Below are positions 35,180 to 43,897 of a DNA stretch of 64,000 nucleotides, in pieces; the first letter of the stretch is position 1, and each line of letters starts with the position of its first letter. Position numbers and translations under genes: made by a program. The notes beneath the pieces were generated by a model, which saw only the letters and a list, made by a program, of their open reading frames with translations, searched no databases and had not been told where the DNA came from. Origin of the DNA: Thermoplasmata archaeon (GTDB taxonomy: Archaea; Thermoplasmatota; Thermoplasmata; Lutacidiplasmatales; UBA184); NCBI GenBank assembly GCA_035532555.1, contig DATKQS010000006.1:9380-73379 (forward strand), written 5' to 3'.

Positions 35180-35286
35180 AGCCCCGTAGTGTAGTGGCCA
35201 ATCATGCGGGACTCTGGATCCTGCGACGCAGGTTCGAACGCCGAGTGGGTCCGCGAATCCACGCGCCGGAAATCCTGCCGGGGCTA
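35180..35286 (+). tRNA. tRNA-Gln (anticodon CUG) with a putative 34-nt non-canonical intron in the T-loop (~35238-35271)
   Basis: Perfect 7-bp acceptor AGCCCCG/CGGGGCT 107 nt apart; D-arm with conserved GG (AGTGGCC); anticodon arm CGGGA-CTCTGGA-TCCTG. The T-arm GCAGG-TTCGA|[intron]|AT-CCTGC is only formed after removing 34 nt; the spliced length is 73 nt. Confidence 0.55.
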
Positions 35287-35490
35287 CTCCGAATCCTCAC
35301 GATATCCATGGTTGCGGGGGTGCTCCAGTTCGGCCAATCCGTTCGGGACCATCTCGAACGGGGCTCGCGAGGCAGGGCTTAGGACCCTGTTGCCTAGGGC
35401 ATTCGCCGGTTCAAAGGGAGGCCCGACGCACGGCGCCGGTCTCCGGAACTTCCGGCCCCCCGCATCCGACCCCACGCGGCCACCGTCTCG

Positions 35491-36423
35491 GTGAGCCCGA
35501 TGGAGAGGATCGTCGGCCCCGCCGAGATCCTTTGCCTCTCCGCCGAACACGCGGACCGTCTGTTCGATCACCTGGAGGACGCCGTGCCCACCCGGCCGAC
35601 GCTGTTCGATCTGTCGTCCCTCCGAGGGGACGAAGCGATCGTCTTCGGGGACTCCCATGGGGATTGGCGCACGGTCGAACGGGTCGTCGACCGGTACGAG
35701 GACCCGGCACGGCGACGGCTCCTGATTGGGCTCGGTGATTACCTCGATCGCACGATGGAGGATTGCGGAGCGGGCTCCGTCGCGAGCGCGCTCTACCTGC
35801 TCCAGCTCGCGGCGCGGGACCCGGATCGGGTCGTGCTCATCCAGGGAAACCACGAGACCGTACGAACGATCCCATTTAGCCCGGAATCCGTCCGGGGGGA
35901 GATCCGCGGACTCTGGGGAGACGATCCCCGACGCTACGAACGGCTGATCGACCTCATGGGACGCGGTCCCCTCGCGGCGTTCCATCCGGCGGGACCGTAC
36001 CTGGCTCACGCCGGCATTCCCACGGTGGTCGCCGGGAACGACTGGAAGGCCGACTTCGATCGGGTGGACGAGCGATTCGTCGCCGAGATCACGTGGACCG
36101 ATTGCGCGGCCTCCCGCAATCGACGAGGAGGCGTGGACCCGCTCGACGAAGCGCGTCTGACCGCGTTCCTCGCGCGCGCGGGTCTGACCTTCATGTTGCG
36201 CGGCCACGACCCGGATCTCACCGGTCGCCCCGTGTTCCACGAGCGTTGCCTCACCCTCCACACGACCCGCGTGTACGAACGCTTCGGCGGCGTGATCTAC
36301 GCGCGGATGCCCCTCGATCGACCCCGGATCACGCTCGCGGACGTCCGCGTGGAGCACGTCGAGACCGAGGGAAGGCGCTACCCGGCGCCGGGGCTCGCTC
36401 CCGAACGCGGGCCGGCCCGCTAG
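35491..36423 (+). CDS. Metallophosphoesterase (PPP-family Ser/Thr phosphatase / ApaH-like)
   Basis: Calcineurin-like motifs GDSHGD, GDYLDRT, GNHE in canonical order; 310 aa. Confidence 0.75.
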   Translation: MSPMERIVGPAEILCLSAEHADRLFDHLEDAVPTRPTLFDLSSLRGDEAIVFGDSHGDWRTVERVVDRYEDPARRRLLIGLGDYLDRTMEDCGAGSVASALYLLQLAARDPDRVVLIQGNHETVRTIPFSPESVRGEIRGLWGDDPRRYERLIDLMGRGPLAAFHPAGPYLAHAGIPTVVAGNDWKADFDRVDERFVAEITWTDCAASRNRRGGVDPLDEARLTAFLARAGLTFMLRGHDPDLTGRPVFHERCLTLHTTRVYERFGGVIYARMPLDRPRITLADVRVEHVETEGRRYPAPGLAPERGPAR

Positions 36424-37151
36424 GGAGCTCCCCGGCTATCGCTGCCGACACTCGGCGGCGCGCGCTTGGGCAGGTACTCTCCCCGACGCTGGCCCGTGAC
36501 CGCGTAGATCGTCTTCTCTGCGATCTTGCACGCGTGGTCCGCGATCCGCTCGAAGTGTCTCGCTACGAGGAGCTCGTTCGCGATGCGCTGCGTGACGGAC
36601 GGGTCCGTACGCAGTTCCTGGATGACGATGCGATAGACCGAACGGTTCATCTCGTCGACCTGATCGTCCAGATCGAAGATCGAGCGGGCGAGGTCCCCAC
36701 GGTCGTTGGCCAGGGCGTCGAGCGCCTTCGCGACCATGCCCTCCGCCAGCCCATCCATCGATCGAAGCAGCTCTCGCAGCTCGTCCTTGTCGTAGGCGCC
36801 CTCCGGCGAGGTGAGCCACGCGATGTCGAAGCCGTACCTACCGATCCGGTCGAGGTACGTGATCACCTTGAGGACCGCGGTGGCCTCCCGGAGATCCGGC
36901 CCCATCGGCTGGGTCTTCACGATGAAGGCGACCGCCTCCCGCTCGACGTCCTGGTCGAACCGGTCGAGGCGGGCATCGCGGTCGATGACCGATTGCGCGA
37001 GGGGCAGGTCGCCGCGCTCGAACGCGAGCCACCCATCGTGGACCATCCCGAGCGCCCACTGCCCCATCTCGATGGCGTGTCCTTTCATCTGCTTCACTTC
37101 CACGTCGTGGCCGCGGGGCTCCGCCGCCGGACGGCTTCCGTTCTCGTTCAT
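36420..37151 (-). CDS. phoU: Phosphate transport system regulator PhoU
   Basis: Two PhoU repeats (…DRDARLDRFDQDVEREAVAFI… and …DLDDQVDEMNRSVYRIVIQEL…ERIADHACKIAE); 243 aa. Last gene of the pst cluster, with an ATGA overlap with pstB. Confidence 0.85.
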   Translation of the reverse strand: MNENGSRPAAEPRGHDVEVKQMKGHAIEMGQWALGMVHDGWLAFERGDLPLAQSVIDRDARLDRFDQDVEREAVAFIVKTQPMGPDLREATAVLKVITYLDRIGRYGFDIAWLTSPEGAYDKDELRELLRSMDGLAEGMVAKALDALANDRGDLARSIFDLDDQVDEMNRSVYRIVIQELRTDPSVTQRIANELLVARHFERIADHACKIAEKTIYAVTGQRRGEYLPKRAPPSVGSDSRGAP

Positions 37152-37927
37152 CCGAACCTTCCTGTGATGTACTCTTCCGTGAGCTTCTCTTTGGGTCGCT
37201 CGAACAGTTCCTCCGTGGGTCCGACCTCGATCAGCCGTCCTTGGTAGAAGTACGCCGTTCGATCGGACGCCCGCGCGGCCTGGGCGACGTTGTGCGTCAC
37301 CAGGATGATCGTGATCTCGTGGCTCAGTTCCTCGAGGGTCGCCTCGACCCGCTGGGTGGAGGCTGGGTCCAGGCTCGACGTCGCCTCGTCCAGGAGCAGC
37401 ACGCGCGGCCGCACCGCGAGCGCGCGCGCGATGCACAGGCGCTGCTGTTGGCCTCCCGAGAGGGAGAGCGCCGGCTTGTCGAGGCGGTTCTTGACCTCCT
37501 CCCACAGGCCGCTGCGTTCGAGCGAGCGTTGGACCTCTTCCTCCACGACGTCCGCCGGCTCGTGCTCGAGCCGCAGGCCGAAGGCGACGTTCTCGAAGAC
37601 GCTCATCGGGAAGACGGTCGGTCGCTGGAACACCATCCCGATCCGGCGGCGCACCAGGACGGGGTTGATACCCCTCGCGTAGATGTTCTGCCCGAGGTAG
37701 AACACCTCCCCACTGACGCTGAGCCCGGGCGACGTTTCGGTCATCCGGTTGAGGGTGCGCACGAAGGTCGTCTTCCCGCAGCCGGACGGTCCGATGATCG
37801 CGGTCAGGGACCGGGGCGGGAAGTCGATGGTGATGTCGGTGAGGATGGCGTGCTGCCGCGCCCGCACTCCAAGCCCCCGAGTGGCGAGGACGGTCCCATC
37901 GTTGGAAATGGGAGGTGGAGCGCTCAT
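37148..37927 (-). CDS. pstB: Phosphate ABC transporter ATP-binding protein PstB
   Basis: Walker A GPSGCGKTT, signature LSGGQQQRLCIARAL, Walker B LLLDEATSSLD, H-loop VTHN; 259 aa. This is the C-terminal part of a long open frame whose remainder is antisense to pstA/pstC. Confidence 0.9.
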   Translation of the reverse strand: MSAPPPISNDGTVLATRGLGVRARQHAILTDITIDFPPRSLTAIIGPSGCGKTTFVRTLNRMTETSPGLSVSGEVFYLGQNIYARGINPVLVRRRIGMVFQRPTVFPMSVFENVAFGLRLEHEPADVVEEEVQRSLERSGLWEEVKNRLDKPALSLSGGQQQRLCIARALAVRPRVLLLDEATSSLDPASTQRVEATLEELSHEITIILVTHNVAQAARASDRTAYFYQGRLIEVGPTEELFERPKEKLTEEYITGRFG

Positions 37928-38844
37928 ACGAACAGCCCCGCGAGTCTCGTCTGGTAGCGCCATGCGACGATCCGGACGATGATGTTGATGACGATCACGA
38001 TCATCAGGAGGAGGAACGCGGCCTGGAAGGCGAGGGTGACATCGGCCGGGAGCGGGCTCGTGTACTCCGCGTAGATGACGTAGGTGAGGTAGGACGCGTA
38101 GGAGAACGGTCCTGTCGGCGCGAGGGCGCTCGGCTGGACGGTGACGATCACGGTCGCGGTCTCCCCGATGCCGAGCCCGAGGGCGAGGAAGATGCCGTTG
38201 AGGATCTGGGGCGTGACGATGGGCCGGGCCACGCGCAGGATGTAGTCGATCGGGCGTGCCCCCGCGCCGAGCGCGGCCTCTCGGATGGTGCGCGGCACGG
38301 AGGAAAAGGCAAGGTCCGCCGCGCGGAAGACGTAGGGCGTCATGAAGAACGCCGTCGTGACCGCACCGGCGATGAGGACGAGGCCCCAGCCGAAGTAGAG
38401 CACGAACACGACGAACCCCATCATCCCGATGATGATCGCCGGCATCCCGGCGAGCGTGTTGGCGGTCATGCGGACCCACGCGGCCGAGCGCTCGGAGAGG
38501 AATTCGGCGGTCGCGATGCCCCCGAAGAGGCCCAGCGTCACCGCCAGCGCGAGCGCGATGACCATGATCCACACGGTGCCCGCGATGGCCGGGAAGAGGC
38601 CGAGCGGCTGGGTCGGACCCCCCGTCGTCAAGGTCGCCCAGGTCATCGTCGGAAGGGCCTCTGCGCCGAGCCAGTAAACCATGTCGAGGATCGGGACGAT
38701 GGCCACGATGAACAGGAGCGGCAACAGGTAGCCGATGTACCGGTCGAAGCCCAGGTTCCATCGGGCGAAACGGCGGCGGGCCTGGGCGAGGTCGGCGAGG
38801 CCGACGGGCGCCATCTTCGTCTCCATGCTCGTGGCTACGGCCAT
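37924..38844 (-). CDS. pstA: Phosphate ABC transporter permease PstA
   Basis: 6 TM with the EAA motif region (REAALGAGARPIDYILRVARP); 306 aa; sits between pstC and pstB. Confidence 0.85.
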   Translation of the reverse strand: MAVATSMETKMAPVGLADLAQARRRFARWNLGFDRYIGYLLPLLFIVAIVPILDMVYWLGAEALPTMTWATLTTGGPTQPLGLFPAIAGTVWIMVIALALAVTLGLFGGIATAEFLSERSAAWVRMTANTLAGMPAIIIGMMGFVVFVLYFGWGLVLIAGAVTTAFFMTPYVFRAADLAFSSVPRTIREAALGAGARPIDYILRVARPIVTPQILNGIFLALGLGIGETATVIVTVQPSALAPTGPFSYASYLTYVIYAEYTSPLPADVTLAFQAAFLLLMIVIVINIIVRIVAWRYQTRLAGLFV

Positions 38845-39867
38845 CTAGACCACCGTCTCGTGCACGCCCAGCTGCATGACGAACCGCCGAGCGATGATGT
38901 TCACCGTGAGCGTGATGGCGGTCAGCAGGATCCCGACCTCGGCGAGCGCGGCGAACTCCTGGGGATTGACGAAGCTCGAGTCCAGGTTCTCGATGATCAG
39001 GGCGGAGAGCGTGTTCGTGGTGGAGTAGACGTTCGTCGGGAAGTTCGTGGCCCCTCCGATCAGGAAGGAGACCGCGACCGCCTCCCCGATGGCGCGAGAG
39101 AATCCGAGGAGGGCGGCACTCGATATCCCACGGGAACCGTAGCGCAGCGAGACCCGTCGGGTGACCTCCCAGCGGGTCGCCCCGAGGGCGAGCCCGCTCT
39201 CCCAGAGCTCTCGCGGCACCGCCCGAAGGGTGTCCCGGATCAGGAGCGTGGAGATGGGGAGGATCATGAGCGTCAGGATGAACACCGTAATGGGGATCCC
39301 GAGCCCCGTCGGACTCACCGGTCCCGCGAACCCGGGGAGGAACCCGAGGTTCGCCGCCATCCAGGGCGTCAGGCTCTGCTGGAAGTACGGTCGCAAGATG
39401 ATGAACGCCCAGAGACCGAACACGATGCTCGGGATGCCCGCGAGGAGATCGACGAACGGGTCGAGGAACCGGGTGGCGATGCGGGGAAGGTAGACCACGG
39501 AGGCGATGGCCACGCCGAGGGCGATGAGCATGGCCAACAGGAGGGCCGGGAGCGAGGTGACGAGGGAGCCCACGATGAACGTGGAGACTCCGTAGCTCGA
39601 TCCCGCGACCCCGGGCGGTTGAACGAGCCAGCTCGAACCGAGGAAATCGAGGACGCTGAAGGGAACCCCGCGGGTCGTCCCGACCATCGCGACCAGGACG
39701 ATCACGATGATCGCGAGCGGGACGAGCGCCGGGAGCAACTCGAGAATGTGGAGAAGGGCGGAGCCCCCTCCCCCGCCTCCCGACCAACGGCCGGCTGGGG
39801 GGCTGGGGGAGGGAGAGGAAGGGGTTTCCGCGTCCGTAGCCGGACGCGGGTCGATCGGTTCGCTCAC
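38845..39867 (-). CDS. pstC: Phosphate ABC transporter permease PstC
   Basis: 6 TM with an EAA-like loop (ESGLALGATRWEVTRRVSLRYG); 340 aa; immediately downstream of pstS. Confidence 0.85.
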   Translation of the reverse strand: MSEPIDPRPATDAETPSSPSPSPPAGRWSGGGGGGSALLHILELLPALVPLAIIVIVLVAMVGTTRGVPFSVLDFLGSSWLVQPPGVAGSSYGVSTFIVGSLVTSLPALLLAMLIALGVAIASVVYLPRIATRFLDPFVDLLAGIPSIVFGLWAFIILRPYFQQSLTPWMAANLGFLPGFAGPVSPTGLGIPITVFILTLMILPISTLLIRDTLRAVPRELWESGLALGATRWEVTRRVSLRYGSRGISSAALLGFSRAIGEAVAVSFLIGGATNFPTNVYSTTNTLSALIIENLDSSFVNPQEFAALAEVGILLTAITLTVNIIARRFVMQLGVHETVV

Positions 39868-39880
39868 TCCGGTCTACGCC

Positions 39881-41161
39881 TCAGCTGCTCACCTGGACCG
39901 TTTGCAGCGTCTGGTAGGTCAACGCCACCACGTTGGAGGTCAGTGGTAGGAACCCGAGCGGCGACAGATACACCGGCTGGTTTCCTACCCCGAGCGCCCA
40001 GTACAGGAACTGGACCACGTAGTACTGGTGGGACGGGCCCTGCGCGGAACCGGTCGCTTTGATCAGCGTGTACTCCAGGTTCACATCCGGGTAGGGGCTC
40101 GGATAGGCCGCCGTCGGCGCCGTTCCGCCTCCGCCTGCGTGCAGGGTGGTCGGACCGTACGGGCTGCCACCCATGATCAGGCTCAGCGCAAGACCGTAGC
40201 TCGCGTAGTTCAGCCGGGTCAGGGCGAGGTTCGCGTCCTGGCTGACATTGGCCGAGCTCCAGAGGAGGTAGTTGTTCGGGTTGACTCCGCCAGCCGCCGT
40301 GTTGGCGTTGGAGTTGCCGAGCGCCGCGGCGACGAGTCCCTTCGCGATCGAAGCGGCCCGGTAGCTGTTCCCGATGTACGTGATCGAGTTCGGGGTACCG
40401 GCGGCCAGCGTGACCAGACCGGCGTTCCCGTTCGCGTACTGGATCTTCGAGTTCAGCGTCCCGCTGAGCTTGGCCGTGCTGTAACCGTGCGTTGCCCAGC
40501 CCGCCCACGCCATGTACATGTACGACGTGATCAGGAAGGTATCGCCGCTACCGTCCGACCGGGCGAGCGGCACGATCGCCGCATTCGGCAGTGCGACGCC
40601 GGGGTTCGCCGCCTGGATCATCGGGTCGTTCCAGTTGGTGATGTTCCCGTTGTAGATCATCCCGAGCACCGTCCCGTTGATGTTCAGGTGCGCGGTGACT
40701 CCGGGCAGATTGTAGAAGACCAGCTGCGAGGAGATCGCCACGGGGATGTTCACGAGGTTCGTCGCGCTCGCATTGGACAGGTACGCATCGGATGCTCCGA
40801 TGTCGACCAGGCCCGCTTCCGCGTACGACTGCCCGGTGCCGCTCCCCGTACTCGCCGTGCTCAACGCGATCGGTGTGCCGGCGAGCTTCGTGTAGTTGGG
40901 GGCCCAGTAGCTGGCCATCAGCGGATAGAGCAGGCTCGACCCCGTCTCCGTGATCGTGACCGCGTTCTTGTTGTTCGACGAGCTGGGAGCGGTGTAGTAC
41001 CCTACCGCCCAACCCGCGACCACCGCGATGATCGCCACGACGATCACCACGCCGACTCCCGCCGCGGTCATCATCGGACCGCGCCGTCCACCGCCGCTTC
41101 GGCGGCTGAGATTCTCCGAGGGGCCGATCCCCCCACTGTTCGTTCCGCTTGGGCTGCTCAT
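39881..41161 (-). CDS. pstS: Phosphate-binding protein PstS
   Basis: Signal/anchor helix followed by a periplasmic-binding-protein type II fold with the PstS-like GTGQSYAEAGLVDIGASDA and ...LARSDGSGDTF phosphate-binding segments; 426 aa. Confidence 0.85.
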   Translation of the reverse strand: MSSPSGTNSGGIGPSENLSRRSGGGRRGPMMTAAGVGVVIVVAIIAVVAGWAVGYYTAPSSSNNKNAVTITETGSSLLYPLMASYWAPNYTKLAGTPIALSTASTGSGTGQSYAEAGLVDIGASDAYLSNASATNLVNIPVAISSQLVFYNLPGVTAHLNINGTVLGMIYNGNITNWNDPMIQAANPGVALPNAAIVPLARSDGSGDTFLITSYMYMAWAGWATHGYSTAKLSGTLNSKIQYANGNAGLVTLAAGTPNSITYIGNSYRAASIAKGLVAAALGNSNANTAAGGVNPNNYLLWSSANVSQDANLALTRLNYASYGLALSLIMGGSPYGPTTLHAGGGGTAPTAAYPSPYPDVNLEYTLIKATGSAQGPSHQYYVVQFLYWALGVGNQPVYLSPLGFLPLTSNVVALTYQTLQTVQVSS

Positions 41162-42192
41162 CGCCGTTCGTGGCCTCCTACGCTCATCATGGCTCGTGAG
41201 GTGAGACGAGCGCCCGAGGGGCTCGCCGAGGTGGGAGAGACCTGCGCGTGATCGAGGGCGACCTCCGCGAGGTCCTGGCCGTAGGCGACGGTCCGCTCCA
41301 GGGAGTGGAGCATCCAGCTGAGCGGGACGATCGCCGCGGGGGAGTGAGCCTCTACCGGGTCACGGACCGGGATCAGACGGTCGACCAGGGTCCGAGCCGT
41401 CTCTCGAAGCGCGCCGCCGAAGTCGATCTGGACGTTCGCCTGGTCCGCTCGCTGGGTGGAGAGGATCCCGAGCACCGATCGAACGTAGTCGACGGCGCGG
41501 CCCTGGAAGTCGGAGAGGAGCGCGAGCTGGGTCTCGGACGGACGGGTCGCTCGCCAGCGTGCGCCGTTGACCCCGATCAGGACGGCGTGGTCGGCGATCC
41601 GTTCGAGGGCGCGCGCGGCCTCGAGCCAACCGAGCACGTCCAGCCCGGGGTCGTCTCCAAGAGCGCCGACCCGGCACGACCGCTCTACCGCTCGGTGGAC
41701 CTCCCAGGCCGCCCGATCGATCGGGTCGTCGAGCGATTCCCAGTCGGCCTCCGAGAGGCTCGAGGGACGGGCGTCCCCGGAGCGCTCGAGCAGCGCGAGC
41801 GCACGCTCGCCGAGCCGCTCGGTGAGGGCGGGAAGATCGGCCGGGGAGGGGTCCCCGAGGTTCCACAGGACGAGCCGGCCCCTCCGCTCCTCGCAGGCAG
41901 GGTATCCCCCCACGCGGGCGACGAAGGCCGCAACGACGGCCCGCGCCGAGCCGCGGATCCCCCCGCGTTGGAGGACCACGATCTCGTCGACCCCTGAGAG
42001 ATACGCTCCGACGAGCTCTCGGAAGAAGTGTTCGGGAAGGACGTCCTCATCGAGCTCGATCGACCTCGATGTGAACACGACCGGAGCCATCGAGACGGGC
42101 TCCTCCTCTATCGGCGAATCTGGCGGCATGGCGGGGCCCTTCGGTGCCGTACTCCGTCGCACACCGCCCCCCGTCTTCGACTCCTGTGTCAT
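41158..42192 (-). CDS. PhoU-domain-containing putative phosphate-uptake regulator (first gene of the pst cluster)
   Basis: 344 aa; the C-terminal half carries a PhoU-like helical repeat (LEAARALERIADHAVLIG...); the N-terminal domain is unassigned. ATGA overlap with pstS. Confidence 0.5.
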   Translation of the reverse strand: MTQESKTGGGVRRSTAPKGPAMPPDSPIEEEPVSMAPVVFTSRSIELDEDVLPEHFFRELVGAYLSGVDEIVVLQRGGIRGSARAVVAAFVARVGGYPACEERRGRLVLWNLGDPSPADLPALTERLGERALALLERSGDARPSSLSEADWESLDDPIDRAAWEVHRAVERSCRVGALGDDPGLDVLGWLEAARALERIADHAVLIGVNGARWRATRPSETQLALLSDFQGRAVDYVRSVLGILSTQRADQANVQIDFGGALRETARTLVDRLIPVRDPVEAHSPAAIVPLSWMLHSLERTVAYGQDLAEVALDHAQVSPTSASPSGARLTSRAMMSVGGHERR

Positions 42193-42346
42193 CGGATGGA
42201 CGACTCCACCGGGTGGTATATAGTAATTCGACTTACTCTACACTTTACTCCATATAACTATATTCCTTAGTGAGCCGACCATAGAGACGCGCACCAAGCT
42301 TTTGAACCTGTTTTCCCGCAGGCCGATGACCCCGGAACCCAGGCCT

Positions 42347-42919
42347 CTACGTCGAGAAGACCGCCCGCTCGGCGGCCCGCATCTCGGCGGGGTCCGGACG
42401 GCCCCGGTAGGCGTCCAGGCGAGCCCGATTCACCTCGAAGAAGCTCCGACCGCCCGCGAACCCGTCCAGCAGCTGGCGGGCGGCGGCCTCGTACCCCAGG
42501 ACGAACAGCGCGGCGGCGAGCGCCTCCGCCGTGTTCAGCTCTCCGATCCGGCCGAAGTGCTGGGGATTGGTGGCCATGAGGAATGGGAGCCGTCGGTGGC
42601 CCGAGCGCTTGGAGCCCAGAGCCGGGGCCGCCAGATAGGCACCGCGCTCCCCGAGGACGTTCCAGGAACAGTCGACTCCTAGGACGCCCCCTCGGAGGGC
42701 CGTCGCTCGGTCGCGAAGGCTCAACGGGTCGGGGGCGAAGGGATCGAGGATGATCGGATGGGGTCGGAGGGCCCGTTGGGCCGGCGCCGGGAGGGCCAGG
42801 GCGTGCTGGAGGAGGCGACGCCCGGTGCAGGCGCGCGGGTGATCGTCCCCGACCACGAGCAGCCAGAGCGTGGGGATCCCGTTAGCGGACGGGTTGGGCG
42901 TACTCTCGGAAGATCGCAT
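42347..42919 (-). CDS. tsr3: 16S rRNA aminocarboxypropyltransferase Tsr3 (DUF367)
   Basis: Conserved Tsr3 C-terminal block RLPFLMATNPQHFGRIGELNTAEALAAALFVLG; 190 aa. Confidence 0.75.
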   Translation of the reverse strand: MRSSESTPNPSANGIPTLWLLVVGDDHPRACTGRRLLQHALALPAPAQRALRPHPIILDPFAPDPLSLRDRATALRGGVLGVDCSWNVLGERGAYLAAPALGSKRSGHRRLPFLMATNPQHFGRIGELNTAEALAAALFVLGYEAAARQLLDGFAGGRSFFEVNRARLDAYRGRPDPAEMRAAERAVFST

Positions 42920-43877
42920 GCAACTCGCGGGTCATCGATAGCGCGTCCGCCTTCGGGCGCTGCCAGAGGTTCCGGCCGAAGATGATCCCCGTCGCCCCGG
43001 CGTCCATGGAATCGCGGACCTTGTGGAGGAGCTCGGCGTCCGAAACCTTCTCCCCACCCGAGACGAGGACCAACGCCCGTCCGGCGCTGTGGACGACCTT
43101 GCGGAAGGCGTCCTCGGCCGAGACGTTCAGCGTGTTGTACGGCGGGGGACTCGCCTTGTCCTTCTCGGATCGGACCGGGAAGTTCACCTTGACGATGTCC
43201 GCCCCGAGCTCGAGGGCCGTCCGAGCGGCGTAGTCGATCGCGTAGAGACTCTCCTTTCCACCCTTCTGGGCGACCGCGTCGCCCCGAGGGTAGGCCCAGA
43301 CGATGATCGGCATGCCGAACCGGTCGGCGTCGGCCCGGACCTGGTGGAACTGAAGGAAGTCCCGGTCCTGGGCCGACGAGCCGACATAGACGGTGTAGCC
43401 CACCGCGTCCGCTCCGAGCCGAACAGCGTCCTCGACCGTCCCCGTCAGCGGGCTGAACGGCTCGGAATCGGGAGGAATGTTGGTCTTCCCGTTGAGCTTG
43501 AGGATCAGCGGGATGTCGCCGGCGTACTCGGCGAAGTGGCGCTGCGCGAGGCCGATATGCAGCGCGATGGCGCTGAACTTCCCCTCGGTCGCGAGCTGGA
43601 ACTGGTACTCCGGGTCCTCGGCGGCCGGGTTCGAGAAGAAGTCGGCGGGACCGTGCTCGAGCCCTTGGTCGATGGGGAGGACCAGCATCGTCCCTCCGCC
43701 GGGGCCGTAGGTGTAGAGCATACGCTTGAGCCGGGCCCGCTTCCCCGGGGAGAGGCTCAGCCGAGAGAACGGGAACCGCGGGGTGCGCTCTCGTGTTCCC
43801 GATCCCGTCACCAGGCGCGCTCCGTCGGAGGCACGGCCCTGCGAACTCGACATGCAAACCCCCTCGGTACCGAGCAC
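42882..43877 (-). CDS. Class I fructose-bisphosphate aldolase, archaeal DhnA/FbaB type (or the paralogous ADH synthase AroA')
   Basis: GKRARLKRML...MLVLPIDQGLEHGP at the N-terminus and the Schiff-base Lys region ADIVKVNFP; 331 aa. The start is uncertain; it may be an internal Met. Confidence 0.85.
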   Translation of the reverse strand: MLGTEGVCMSSSQGRASDGARLVTGSGTRERTPRFPFSRLSLSPGKRARLKRMLYTYGPGGGTMLVLPIDQGLEHGPADFFSNPAAEDPEYQFQLATEGKFSAIALHIGLAQRHFAEYAGDIPLILKLNGKTNIPPDSEPFSPLTGTVEDAVRLGADAVGYTVYVGSSAQDRDFLQFHQVRADADRFGMPIIVWAYPRGDAVAQKGGKESLYAIDYAARTALELGADIVKVNFPVRSEKDKASPPPYNTLNVSAEDAFRKVVHSAGRALVLVSGGEKVSDAELLHKVRDSMDAGATGIIFGRNLWQRPKADALSMTRELHAIFREYAQPVR

Positions 43878-43897
43878 GGGACACCGCGATTTAACGG

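Noticed and set aside
37915-40062. 715-aa plus-strand ORF rich in D/E/R/H
   Set aside because: It is antisense to pstA/pstC/pstS, which have clear permease and binding-protein signatures. The product is extreme low complexity.
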